Position numbers and translations under genes: made by a program. The notes under the pieces are model-generated. The model searched no databases. It had not been told where the DNA came from and saw only the letters and a list, made by a program, of their open reading frames with translations. Source: Camelus dromedarius (Eukaryota). Taken from it: 64,000 bases of DNA. Shown here piece by piece: positions 12,930-25,328 of the stretch (position 1 is its first letter; the number at the start of each line of letters is the position of its first letter). The stretch covers positions 119,538,001-119,602,000 of the forward strand of contig NC_087437.1 in the NCBI RefSeq assembly GCF_036321535.1, in the 5' to 3' direction.

Positions 12930-13430
12930 GACAAAAGTCCGGCTGGGGCAGGAGACCCAGGAAGCCCCCTCCTCCCGCCAGCCAAGCTGGACAAGCCACC
13001 GCGTTCTTCCCTGTGAATGAAGCCACTGTCACTGAGGGGCTGCAAGCCTGTTGGCTAGAGTGGTGTCCTCCCCAGATCCACGTCCTCCCTAGAATCTCAG
13101 AGCGCAGCTTTATTTGGAACAGGGTTGTCACAGGTGTGTTTGCATGAAGATGAGGTCCGGCTGGAGTAGGGGGTGCATCTAGTGCCATCTGAGTCTGGAG
13201 GAGATGCAGAGACAGACACAGAGGGGCGACACCCTGTGACTCCGGGGGCTGAGACCTGGGGGGTGCTGCTAAGAGCCAAGGGGCTCAGGCAGCCGCCGGG
13301 GGCTGGGAGAGGCCAGGAGGATGCTCCCAGGCCCCTCAGAGGGAGCACGGCCGCAGACAATCAGCCCCGAGACCACTAGGAGGAAACAGACTTCCGCCGT
13401 TAAACCTCCCGGCGTGTGGCGCTCTGTTAC
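12930..13430. mobile_element. MLT1-type MaLR LTR remnant(s)
   Basis: ttatttggaacagggttgtcacaggtgt...aagatgaggtc...gagacagacacagagggg...aagccaaggg...ggagcacggcc...aaacctcccggcgtgtggcgctctgttacgg. Confidence 0.65.
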
Positions 13431-14194
13431 GGTGGCCCCGGGGCCAACTGTCTCTGCGGCCTATTTTGCTGTGTACTTTCGCGGGGGAGGGGAGGGGAGG
13501 GAGCAGGTAAATCCTCACAGCTGTCTTCCAGAAACCCGCTCCTTCCCCTCCCCGACCCACCCCAGATGAGCAGGTCCAGCTGGGCCCAGTGCTCCGGGAT
13601 CAGCCCCAGGACCCCGGCCCTTCTGCAGAGCACATGCTGTGGCTCCACACCCATCCCAGCACCCGCCTTTGCCCTCGCCTCGTGCGTTTGACTGTTGGTC
13701 TCTATGAATCACTGGCTGTGATCAATCACCAAGTGTTTGCTGACTCCCTTCCCACACATCACCCCAATAATCCTCACCAGGGCCTTTACTCCAACTCCCT
13801 TGGCCAGCAGGGAAAGTCAAGGCTGTCCCTCCCCACCAGGGCCTCAAGGGCCTGGGCAGGGAGCCGCCTCGCCAGGAGGTGACTGTGCAGTGAGTCATCC
13901 TGACTGGGACACTCTCGGAGCACAGGGGGTGCTGTTAGAGATACTCCAGGACAGCAGGTGTGAGCCAGGGCCTTCCCCAGATGGCATCCCGCCAGCACCT
14001 CGCTGGGCGGCAGTCACTTTCAAGTCTGATTTGAACGGTGTGTGACTTTGACGGAGCCCAGGCACAGGCACTCTCAAAATCTCTGGAACAGACACAGCCA
14101 AGGCTCTGGCTTCCGTTGCCGTGCACCGGCGGGCAATGTGCACGTGGATGTGAGTGCACATCCTGCCCGGTCTCGGAGTTCAGGCTGCTACGGT

Positions 14195-14490
14195 AGAGCA
14201 CGCAGACTGCGAGGGGGCTTATAAAGCACATTTATTTCTCACAGCTATGCAGTCTGCACGTCCAGGACCCTGGGGCCGCCCCGCTCCCCTTCCACTGAGG
14301 ACCGTCCCCCCGGGTCACAGACGGAGCCTCCTTGTGCGCAGACATGGTGGCAGGGGCTCAGGGTCTCTGGAGCCTCAATTATAAAAGCGTGGACCACTCA
14401 CCTCCCAAGGCCCCGCCCCGAACGCCAGCACACTGAGTGTTCGCATTTCAACAAAGGAATTCGGGAGGGACCTCATCGTTCAGGCTCTGA
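14195..14490 (-). mobile_element. MLT1-type MaLR LTR remnant
   Basis: gggggcttataaagcacatttatttctcacagct...cacctcccaaggcccc...atttcaaca...gaattcgggaggga. Confidence 0.6.
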
Positions 14491-15001
14491 CCAGGAGTCA
14501 GGGAGCTGAGTCGCCTCACAGGGCCCGTGGGACTTCACCATTAAGTGTCTTTGTTTTCGTTTCCTTTTGCGATGAAGATTCAGGTGATCCCATGATCCCT
14601 AAAGTCACAAAACAGGTTGTCACTCAGGAACCAAAGCTTCCTCTCCATATAATCATCAAAACTCTGAACTTGATTTCATGCGATGCTATGAAGGAAGCAG
14701 GGACGGTTTTACAGCGTGATGGTCGAAGACCGATGCACGTGTGTCTGTATACACATTCAGATTCATGCACGTGTGTATGTATAAATGTATTTATCTCTTT
14801 GGGGTGTATGCTGAAGCATTATGTTATGATCTGTGGGATTTCCTTCAAAATAATCCAGGAAGGAGAAGCAGAAGAGGGGGGTAAAGCCAAAACAAGAAGA
14901 GCTACAAGTTGATCAGTGTTGAAATTAATTGATGTCCACACAGGAGCTCGTCAAACTACCATCTCTATTGGCCATAATTAAAATGTAATCTCTCCCTATT
15001 C

Positions 15002-15128
15002 AATACATGGTAGTAAGCTATAACGAAAAAGAATATGAAAATGAAGACATGCGTGTGTAAGTGTGACGGGGACAGCACGCTGCGCACCAGGAATTGACAC
15101 ATCATAACTGACTGTATTTCAATTAAAA
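15002..15128 (+). mobile_element. L1 extreme 3' end fragment
   Basis: ctataacgaaaaagaatatgaaaatg...cataactgactgtatttcaattaaaa; related copies at ~20640-20810 (-), ~22715-22840 (-) and ~52290-52480 (+). Confidence 0.7.
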
Positions 15129-16099
15129 GGAAGTCAGTCTCTCCTCTCCTGACTTGCTCCGACAAGCGTAGGAGCCCCGGGGGGACACGGACAGGGCAGG
15201 GTGGGGCTGGGTAGGGTTCAGGCAAGTTCTTCCTGAACTGATTTTTCCCCGGCTGCCCCCACTCTCTCTGGGCCCATCAGATGTTTAGAACAAACTCCTC
15301 ATCTCAGAGGCTGCTCTGGGGGTGGTCTTTAGGGCTTTCTAACCTTCAGTTCTTTTGATGGATTTCCTGAAGACACTCATCAACTACTCCTCCATCTCCT
15401 GGAAATGTCGTGGCATCTTGAGTTTCTCCAGGATGATGTCTGTCACACCTCAAGAGCTCACACGTCCTGTACAAGCCCTAGAGAGGATGCACAGAGACCC
15501 CCTGGGCCGTGCGGCCTGTCTCCAGTTCACTGGAAACCCGTCTTCATCCTTCACCCCAGCAAACTCTGGGATGTAGGTAGGTCCTAAAGGCTTCTCTTGT
15601 TCCTTGCTAGGCTAGAGTCCTCAGAGGTCAGAAACCAGCCTTCTGGAACCCCTAACTGTGTCAGGCATGGGCTGGGCTCTCCCAGTGGTCCCAGAATGCG
15701 ATCTCCACTAGGTGTGAGGTGAGGGGCGGGCACGCCCACCCTCCCGCTTGGGGCAAGGTGGGAGTGGGAGGGACTCGCAGCACAAGGTCAGCTCTCTCTA
15801 AGTGTTCTCACCTGTCATTTTCTCCAAAACTCCCTTCCCTCAGACCTTTTATAGCTTCAACACAGGCACAATGTTCAAGAATCATCCAACAGTTCTTAGC
15901 CAAACTACTTCCAAAATGTCATGGTCTGCAATCTCGCCTTGAGACACGATGTCTGCTGTTTCTGGGTGTCCCGGCTGGACCTCCCTCCACTAGCACCCAT
16001 CACACCAGGACTAGGGAGCCACAGGAGCTGTCAGGACTGGGTTTATTCACGGCATTCTGTGTTTAATGTAAAAGCCAAAGACAGAAGTTCTAAATTTGT

Positions 16100-19000
16100 T
16101 TTGTGAGATTTCTAGTGGGCAGATCACTGTGACAGACCCTAGTGAGACAGAACAAAGATAAATAATGAACATTGCCTTCCTGGGGGGAACTTCACAGCAC
16201 AACAGAAGGCTAGACACACAAATTACACACTTTGCTGAGGCTCTTGAAAGACTAACTAAATAAGCAGAGAGGAGCCTCATGGATAAGAAAACCACACACT
16301 TTAAAGGTGGTAGTCTCTGCAAAACTGAACTACATATTCAACACATTTTAAATTAAAATCCCAAAGGGAGATTCTATAAGATGCCACACATTAATCCCGG
16401 GATTCGTATGGAAAAGTAAAGGGCCAAATTGATCCAGTAAAACTTGAAGAAAAAGAAGTAGAAACAAGAGGAAGAGAAGACTCAGAGGTACCAATTCAAT
16501 CAGACACTAAGACTAATTATTACAAAGTTGTGTTTAAAGCCAGGAAGGCCTGGTGCCATGGACCAATGGAATCACGGACAACGGAACAGAACATGAAAGC
16601 CCAGGAATGGATCCACTTCCATAAGGAACCTTGGATAATAACAGAAACACACTTTGTATCAGTGCAGGAAGAAAGGACAAGTCAGTGAATGGTGTCAGGA
16701 CAGTCAGTTATGCAAATTAGATAAAGTAAATGCAGATGCCTGCATCACAACACTGAGCTGCTTTTAATTACTCATATTGAGAAAAAGGTCAATTCAGATC
16801 CACAACTTTCAACCCATTAATAAATTTCCAGATGAATTAAAGGCCCCAAAGTGAAAGTAAGTCTTAAAGTATTAAAAAGAAAATACAGAAAATATAGGGG
16901 TGGCTAAAACCCCAACAGAAAATGTACTCTTTCTAGCCTGAATAACCAGCATACAGAGAACAGGTCGAGCACAGTGGCTGGGAAGTGAAGGGGGATCCCA
17001 GAAAACAGAACCAAAAAGGGAGAACCCAGATTCTGTGTAAAAACTCTTTCCAAATTTGGTCTGACCTCTGAACCATGTGTATGCAGGACAGATTTCAGCT
17101 AAAAATAAAAGAACTGAGGTCTGAGCATCACCCAAGAGACAGAGACTGAAATTTGAATCCAACCAAGCAAATTGATTGTTCACACAAACAAACAAGCAAA
17201 CGTAACACTCTTCAAAGGAATGTAACAAAATCTAGAATCTCCACAACATCACAGTATCTCGTCCTGCATGCAGACCCACACCACTGACGGATGAAGGGAC
17301 AGAAGTGCGTCTTAAGAGAGAAAATAATCAACGTGAGACGACCTAGATGTTGCCAAAATCAGATGAAGATTGTAAAGCAGCCTGAGGAAGTAAAGAAAAC
17401 TCTGCTTACAATGTATGAAAAGATAGAAAATCCAAGAGAGAAGAAAGAAAAGAAACAGTTAAACAAACAAAAAAAAAAAAAAAAAAAGAGAGAGAGGCAA
17501 ATAAAAATTATCGAACTGGAAACTCCAATATGTGGAATTAAAACTTACTGGGTGGTCTTAACTGCACAATGAAGCTGACAGGGGAAAGGGTCCATTAACT
17601 CAAAAATAGAGCAATGTAAATTTTCCTATCTGAAGAACAGAGAGGAAAAAATGTTAAAAAAAAAAAAAAACACACAAAGCCTCTAGGACCTGTGAGACAA
17701 AAGGTCTAAAAGAAGTGAAATAGGAAAAAAATGAACAAGGTAAAAAATTAATAATGCTAGATCTTTGAAAAGATAAAAGAATTTATACACCTTTAACTAT
17801 ACTGATCAAGAAAAAATTAAAGAGAACATAGTTACCGACACTAGAAATGAAGAATGGGCTGTTAATATAGTCCTACAGGATTAAAAGGAAAAAATAGGTA
17901 ATATTCAGAATAATATTAATATTAAAACCAACAGGGGGAGGGTACAGCTCAGTAGTAGAGTGCATGCATGAGGTCCTGGGTTCAATCCCCAGCGTCTCCA
18001 TTAAAAACAAACAAACAAACCAACCTAATTACCCCCAAACAAAACAAAAACAAAATGGTAAAAGAAATATTAATACCAACAAATTTGACAACTTAGATGA
18101 AATAGACAAATTCCTAGAAAAACACAATTTACCAAAATGAACACAAGAATAAATAGAAAATCTAAATAGTACCATTTCTATGAAAATTTTTGAAATTACT
18201 ATCAAGAAGCTTCCTATGAAGGAAGCTGCAGGCTTGGCTGGGTTCTACCAAACAAAGAGCTCTTAATCTTACGCAAACTTACGGGAAAAGATAAGGAGGG
18301 AGTACTTCCCAGTTCATTCTGTGGGGCCAGCATAAACCTCATGCCCAAACCTGACACAGGTCTTGCGAACTATGAAAGACCATTGTGGATACAGATTCAA
18401 CATGGTTGATCTTTTATATCGACTTTGTATCCTACAGTTTTGCCGTTGCAAAGATTGCTTAGGATTTTTCTAAAATAGCACAAATTGTGAAGGCACAGTT
18501 GAGAAATTTGACTCAATTAAAATCAAGAGTACTTATCAAGACGTGACGATGAGGAAAGAGTCAAATCATGAGCTAGGAGAAGGTATCTGAAACCCACTTG
18601 CTTGACAAAGGATTGCTTGGATGCACAAAGAACTTCTACAGACTAATGCAAAAAAGACGCACGTGGTTTTTAGGATCCGCATATAGGAGATTTATGGTAA
18701 GAGAAACCTCAACAGCCAACAAGGATGTAGAAGGGCCTCGCTCACAGTCGTGAATTACGAAACCCACTAACGTTAGCACACGACGTCACTTACATCTGAT
18801 GGCACCCATGTCACCAGATGTTGATGAGAATGTGGAGAATTAGGAACTCTCACTCAAAGTTAGTAGAAGCTTACAGGACACTCCCACCGTGGCAACCATT
18901 TGGACGATACCTAGAAAATCGAACAAGTCCGTGCTGTTTTCATCAGAAGAAATTGAAAACACTGCACCTGATTGCCTTTCAATAGGAGGATGGATTTGCT

Positions 19001-19260
19001 GACAAACTAAATGAATCAGACCTCGTAATCAATGGAAAGAAATGTCAAAATTAACTGTAAAATATCAGATGAAAAGCCCACATTTTAGGATGCCATTGCT
19101 GATTTTTTTAAATAACAAAAAAATGCTACATATTGTTTATGGACACCCACGGAAAAAACACACACTGACTTCAGAACGGTGGGTGATTCTGGCGGGGGGT
19201 GGGGGGCAGGGAACAGGATGGGAAAAGGGGGCACTTTGATCGTTTTATTTCTTTTTATAG
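16100..19260 (+). mobile_element. Degenerate, fragmented L1 block (ORF1/ORF2 remnants)
   Basis: A-rich + strand; aaatttgacaacttagatgaaatagacaaattcctagaaa and ggccagcataaacctcatgcccaaacctgaca are L1 ORF2 hallmarks; no intact ORF. Confidence 0.85.
17934..18065 (+). mobile_element. tRNA-derived SINE (Vic-1-like) inserted in L1
   Basis: A box agctcagtagtaga, B box ggttcaatccc, A-rich tail; 16-bp TSD aatattaaaaccaaca (17918-17933) / aatattaataccaaca (18066-18081). Confidence 0.9.
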
Positions 19261-20571
19261 AGTGAGAGGTGTCAAGGCAAACAGAACAAAAGCCATTACA
19301 TTATATACAATTTATCTAAGGAAAAGGACTTGAAATATGGCTGGTTAAAATTTTCATTAAAAATACCCAAATAAAGAAGGTGGTCCAGGAAGCAGGGAGA
19401 GAAGGGGTGAGCGCGAGGAGGCCCGGGAGAAGCCGGCCCTGCGGCCTGGGGTCAGAACCTGGGGTCTCGGCCTAGAGGAGCCATTGGAACGCCCTATCCT
19501 GGATGCTCGGTCAACATCAAAGAGGTCTGGCTGGTCAGGGTGAGGGAGGGAGGGAGGGCACCGCGCTGCAGTTCCGTCCAGCATCCAGCTTAGAAGTCTC
19601 CTGTCCTTTCAGGTTTCCTTATTTTCCCTCCTAAGCCGCTGGCCCTCTGCGGTGCAATCCAGCTCTCTCTAGGAACAGATCTGTCAAGTCCACCAGCCAG
19701 GAAGGCCTGGCGGCCACATCCCCAAGTGAGAAAGGACAGCATAGATCGGAGCGACCTGGCGTCCCAGAGAGGAGGGCCGAGTAAGTGACCACATTCACCG
19801 ATTGACCCCTGTGCTCTCAGTGGGGCCCCCATGCCAGGTACCGCCTCGCCCTTCACCTCAAAGCACATCAGAGAAAATAAACCAGAGATCATGATTCTGA
19901 CTTCTCAGAAATGACCACTAACTTGTTCAGAGAGCAAGTGGGAGCAGCAGAGGGGAAGAAATGGCCTGTTAGAGTCTTCACCAAAAGGCAGGGCAGGAAT
20001 GATCAGAATCAAAAGTACCTTACGTCACATAAGATGCAGCCACGGTTCATGCCTGGTTCTTTCCCCACATTCCCAGCAACCGTTAGCTGAGCTGCGTAGA
20101 CAGTAGTTTTCAAGGAATTTTAAAGACATGGAAAGCAGGTACCTCCCGTAAGAAACATGTTGCCAAAAGCTAAACATACGGGACCATCAAAGCTACAAGG
20201 AGAATGTGTCAGACATGCAGACTGGCATCGCCAGGTGACCCCGTGAACCTGTCTACACAGGGGAAAAGGAGATTTCTCTGCGGGGAGGGGATTCCTCAGA
20301 GTTGCACTTCTCCAGGGCTGCTGCTTGCAGGGGTTCTGGCTGGTTGGTGCTCAGGTGACACGTGGGCACTTGCCAGGCTTGACGCAAGCGCATGTCTCCT
20401 ATTGACCCTTTGTGCTCACCATCATTTCAATATTTCAAAGATGGCTTTTCCCCAGCTGTAATGTAGTCACCTCACTAAGTATTCAGTCCACCAGGGAACT
20501 GAAAGCAAAGTGTGAGGTCACCAGAAATATGACGTCCAAAGGCGAGAGCCTCTCTCAATGGCCAATGCCTG

Positions 20572-20572
20572 C

Positions 20573-20638
<66 letters not shown>
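20572..20638. repeat. (CTTT)n microsatellite forming the tail of a minus-strand L1 3' fragment (~20640-20810)
   Basis: Near-perfect tetranucleotide run abutting the L1 3' end. Confidence 0.92.
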
Positions 20639-21211
20639 CATTGAAATATAGTCAGTTCACAATGTTGCGTCAGTTTCTGGTCTACAGCATCATGCTTCAG
20701 TCATCCATATACATACATGTATTCCATTCTTTCATATTCTTCTCCATTACAGGTCACTATAAGATATTGAATATAGTTCCCTGTGCTGTACAGTGGAAAC
20801 CTGTTTATAATGCCCTTCTGTGCCTCTAGTTTTACAGGGGCTCATGTTCCCAAGACTCAAAATAGCCCTGTTTTGCATATTAAATGGAAAGAAGCTAAAG
20901 CCAAAGTTCATTAATAGGTGAGTCATAATACATATCACTCATATGCTCTCTCGTGTTTGAATGTCTTAAGGGATTTTACCAAAGCATTAATATTCGTTGA
21001 AATCCTACAGGCTGATAAGTTTATTGAATAAAGACCAATCAGTCAATATTTACTAAACGTCCATCGTGTGCACAGCCTTTAGCCCAGGTGTCGTGGGAAG
21101 TTCCAAAGGGAGGAGATGATGTGGTCACATTGATAAGAAAGCTGTGGTCACAAAGCGAGCACCATAAACGTAGACCCAGAGGCCCTGGTGATGGCATCCA
21201 CGTCGCACTCC

Positions 21212-21230
21212 TACTGCCCTCTAGTGGCTG
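21212..21230 (-). promoter_or_regulatory. Strong CTCF motif, reverse orientation
   Basis: CAGCCACTAGAGGGCAGTA fits the CTCF core CCASYAGRKGGCR. Confidence 0.65.
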
Positions 21231-22099
21231 GACGCGTTAGGAAGGATTGAGTGGGTGAATTCGCTAATTTCAAAAAAAAAAAATTAATTCACAGGCAGTT
21301 GTGTCGGAGGAAAAGGTGTATGTGTTGGGGCACCCATGTCAGCACATCACGCTTCCCAGCACGGGAAGCACAGAAGGCCCAGGAGAGTCTGAATCGGGCT
21401 CTGCCAGGCGGGAGGCAGTGGGGATGAGCTGTCTGAATCGGGAGGCCCTGACCCTAACCAGAGCCCAAGTACTGAGTGGCTGGAAAACCATCCGCTGGGT
21501 CTGGCTTATCATCACAGTTTTATAGACTCTGGTGAAGCAAACTGCGAGCAGGCAGCAAGGAACCCCGAGCCGGTTTTATTTGCGATAATTCAGTCCACTC
21601 AGTGTGCCAAGGTGCATTTTGCAGAACAGCGTAGCCATAAAGCAGATTCTGGAGCTGATAAACAACGCATGGGGTGATTCTGAGGTTCCAGAGTGATAAG
21701 GAATGTGAAAGCAGACACTGAGGACCGTCCGCAGCCCTCTCCACTGTGCCCGCTGCACAGAAAAAATAAAGACCCTCCACCTGTCTCTTAGGAAATACAA
21801 AAAATAAGCTGTAGTGCTGTTGCACAGTATAGGGTCATGTGAACTGACACAAAAATGTTTTATTTTAGGTGTTTCCTTACAAATGCAGTCCTTTGTATTA
21901 TGTCATGTGAATTTCTTCTTTAACATTGTTTTTCCTTTCTGGAGAAGCCTTAATGTTCTGTCTCAGATTTTTAAATCCATTCATCAGATAACTCCTCTGT
22001 TGAAGACCTGAAGATGAATTTTCTGTATTATTTTCATTACTCTTCTCCCCATTAGCTTCCTGTATTTCTTGACCAGTATTCCTTTTGCTTTGTTCTTTT

Positions 22100-24730
22100 A
22101 ATCAATAGTCATAGTGATTAAAAATTAGTCGACATGTTGCTAAAAATACAGAACTTTAAACTGCTCATGATCAAAAGTGATTTAAGCACAGGGATGCTGG
22201 GCCAGGAGCAGATATGATCGTGACATCAGAGAAAAGGGAATTTAAGCCAAAGCCCTTACACTGGGTGGAGAAGGACACTTCACGAGCCGCAATTACAACA
22301 CAACGAAGAGACGGCCCTTCTGTTCCAATCCTTAAAGGGCTAGGCCAAGACAGTCCACTTCACTAACCAGAAAAGGCGGGCGACGCAGGCAGAAAGACAG
22401 AAAAGCACAGCTGATGTGTTGGAAACACCAGGCTGTGTCGATGCGGGCGCCATTCTAGGCATGTCATGTGGACAAAAAAGTAAGAAAACAGAGACAAACA
22501 ATACAATCAATAAGGTAGGTCTTACGGACATAGACATGACAATCTAGCTTCTGTTTAAGTGCACATGAAATAGTCACAACATTGACTCGTACGTTTGTTC
22601 ACAAAGGAAGTGTAACACTCCATAAAGCAGAAACACTACAATCAGCCTGATCACATGCAACAAAACTGGGCTATAATGACAACACTTTCAAAAGAGTCTT
22701 GCATCCGGAAATTTACTTTTAACTGAAGTACAGTCAGTTACAGTGTGTTAGCCTCTGGGGTGCAGCACAGGGTCCCAGTCGTGCATAAACATACATGTAT
22801 TCGTTTTCATATTTTTTTCATTAAAGGTTATTACAAGAGGTTTGGAAATTTAAATAATTTCTACTGTACACTTAAGGCTAAAAGATAAACTACAAACCAA
22901 AATTATAGACTTTCTTAAAAATCATGATAATAGAAACACCACATTTCTGAATCTTTAAAGAAACTTTAAAACAGTGATCAGAGGAAGGAAAATGGAATAG
23001 CTTTAAACACATGTCAATAGTAAGTGAATTAAATTCCAAACTCAGAAAGCTAGGGAAACATAAGCCAAAAAAAAAAGCACAAAGGTAAAGAAGTTGACGA
23101 AGTAGCTAACAGGAAAAGAATGGAATTAAGTAATAAAATCTCAGTTCTTTTAAAAAATAAAACATGCAAACCACTAGCTAATGTAATCGAGAAAACAGAA
23201 AAATAAAAGAGGGAAAAGTCCAAATAAACGTAAGAACTGACAAAGAGGAAGCACCCATTGAAATAGAGGAGAATTTAAAAACTATAAGGGGCTGCTCTGA
23301 ATAACTTTATGCAACTAAGTTTGAAAATCTAGATGAAACAGATACATTCCTAGGAATATCACACTTTACCAAAATTACTCCAGTAATAAAACTCACATCA
23401 GCCCCAGAGGAAACAGGGCACCTCATCAAGGAATGAATCTACAAAACTCTCCACGGTCTCACAGGGAAGTTCTGACAAAGCTGTGAGTACCCGATAGCCC
23501 CAGAGCCACACAAACTGCTCCAGGGAATGAAAAACAAAGGAAGGCGCCCAAATCCACACTCGAAAGATTAACTCAGAATGTGTCGTAAACCCACAATGTA
23601 AGAGCTAAACCTATGAAACCTCTTGAAAAAAAATTTCATAGAAAATCTTCGTGGCCTTGATGAGGCAAAAACTGTTTTAGCTAGGACACAAGGTATGAAC
23701 TCATAAAAGGAAAACTGGAAACATCGGTCTTCTTCAGAATTAAAAACAGCTGCTCTCTGAAAGACACTGAAGGCAATGGAAAGGCAAGCGGCAGACGGGG
23801 AGAAGGTCCCCACGCAGCGTGTGTCCGACCGAGGGCTTGTGCATCGGAGGGAGAGCCCTCACAAGCCAACACAAAGAAGGCAAAACACCTGCCAAAAAGC
23901 AGGGGAAAGATCTGAATAGACGCTTCGCCAGAGAGAAAAGTTCAGACAGAGACAAACCCTGGAAAGATGCTCCATGCCTCTACTTGTCAGGGAAATGTCA
24001 ATTCCAGTGAGGAGGACGCCCTCCACGCACGCCAGCAGGGCTCCAGTGTCACAGCCGACAGTGTCGTGCTGGGGACGGTGCGGGGACATCAGGAACTCTC
24101 AGGCTTTGTTGGTGGGGAGGCAAAACAGTGCAACCGCTTGAATGATTTGTCAGACTCTTCTAAAGTTCAGCAGAGCCCTTGCCGTGGGACCCAGCAAGGC
24201 CGCCTAGCAGACAGTCACCTAGAGACGGGCATTCGCCCAGCCCGCCCCAGGCCTGTGCGCGCTCGCCCACCGCAGCCTGGCTCGTTCATAGTGAGGCCCT
24301 GGGAGCAGCCCGGACGCCCATCCCCTGCGCACACAGACTCCTACTCAGCGAGAGACAGGCGTGGACGCCCACGTGTGCCTCAGATGACGCACTGAGTAAA
24401 AGAACGCAGGTGCAGAGGACCGCACGCTACGTGACTAAACATACAGAAAACTCTAGAAGAGGCAAAACCACAGCCAAAGGGAGCAGATCATGAGTTCCTC
24501 GGGGCTGGAGGTGGGAGGCGGGCGCTGGCTACAAAAGGGCACGAGAGAATGTTTCTGGAGGGGAGGTTGAAGCTGCCTCTTATCTCATACTACCATTGTG
24601 GTAGTGACAGCACACATTTTCCAAAACTCACTGAACTGAATCACTTCAAGTCGGCAAGCACACTTCTTGAATTATACTTCAATAACGATGTATATCTCAG
24701 TAAATTATACCTCAATAACGCTGATTAAAA
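22100..24730 (+). mobile_element. Degenerate L1 block (ORF2 to 3' UTR remnants)
   Basis: aactttatgcaactaagtttgaaaatctagatgaaacagatacattcctag; taaaaacagctgctctctgaaagacact; 3' UTR-like end near 24730. Confidence 0.85.
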
Positions 24731-24803
24731 ACCACAGAGCCTCAAGGGGTAACCATCACCATGATCAGTATTATTGGTGGAAGACTGATTAACAGAAGGG
24801 TGA

Positions 24804-24980
24804 TGCTACGACCGAATTGTGCCCCCAAATTCACCCGTTGAAGCCGCAACCCTCAGTGTGACCGTATTTGGAGATGGGGCCTCTGTGGACGTAATTAAGC
24901 TTAAACAAGGTCATAAGGGCCTTGACTTCTTAAGATCAGTCCTTCCAAGAAAAGGAAGAGGGACAAGAGCTTTCTCTCTG

Positions 24981-25011
<31 letters not shown>

Positions 25012-25110
25012 GTCTCTCTGTCTCTCTCTTTCCCCAGGTACACGCATCAGGCAAAGGTCAGGTGAGGACGCAGCCAGAAGGCGGCTGTCTTCAAGCCGGA
25101 AAGAGAGCCC
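24804..25110 (+). mobile_element. MLT1-type MaLR LTR with internal (TCTCTG)n repeat (~24973-25030)
   Basis: gaattgtgcccccaaattcacccgttgaagcc...gtgaccgtatttggagatggggcct...aggtgaggacgcagccagaaggcggctgtc. Confidence 0.75.
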
Positions 25111-25309
25111 TTTCTAACTTCCTGAGCTGCAACACCAAATACAGCATCTCTGCTTTGTGAACCTGTGTCAGTGAATTCGGCCTGGTCCGGCTGTGTAAGT
25201 TTAGGAACTAAGAGTAGTTATCGGGGCCAGTCTTTGGACATTAGGAGGTTACCTTCGGTCAGAAGGCAAATTTCCGCTGCTGGCGGAGGCAGGGCGTCTG
25301 TTCCCAGGG

Positions 25310-25328
25310 TGGCCAGCAGAGGGCACCA
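25310..25328 (+). promoter_or_regulatory. Strong CTCF motif, forward orientation
   Basis: TGGCCAGCAGAGGGCACCA is near-consensus. Confidence 0.7.
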
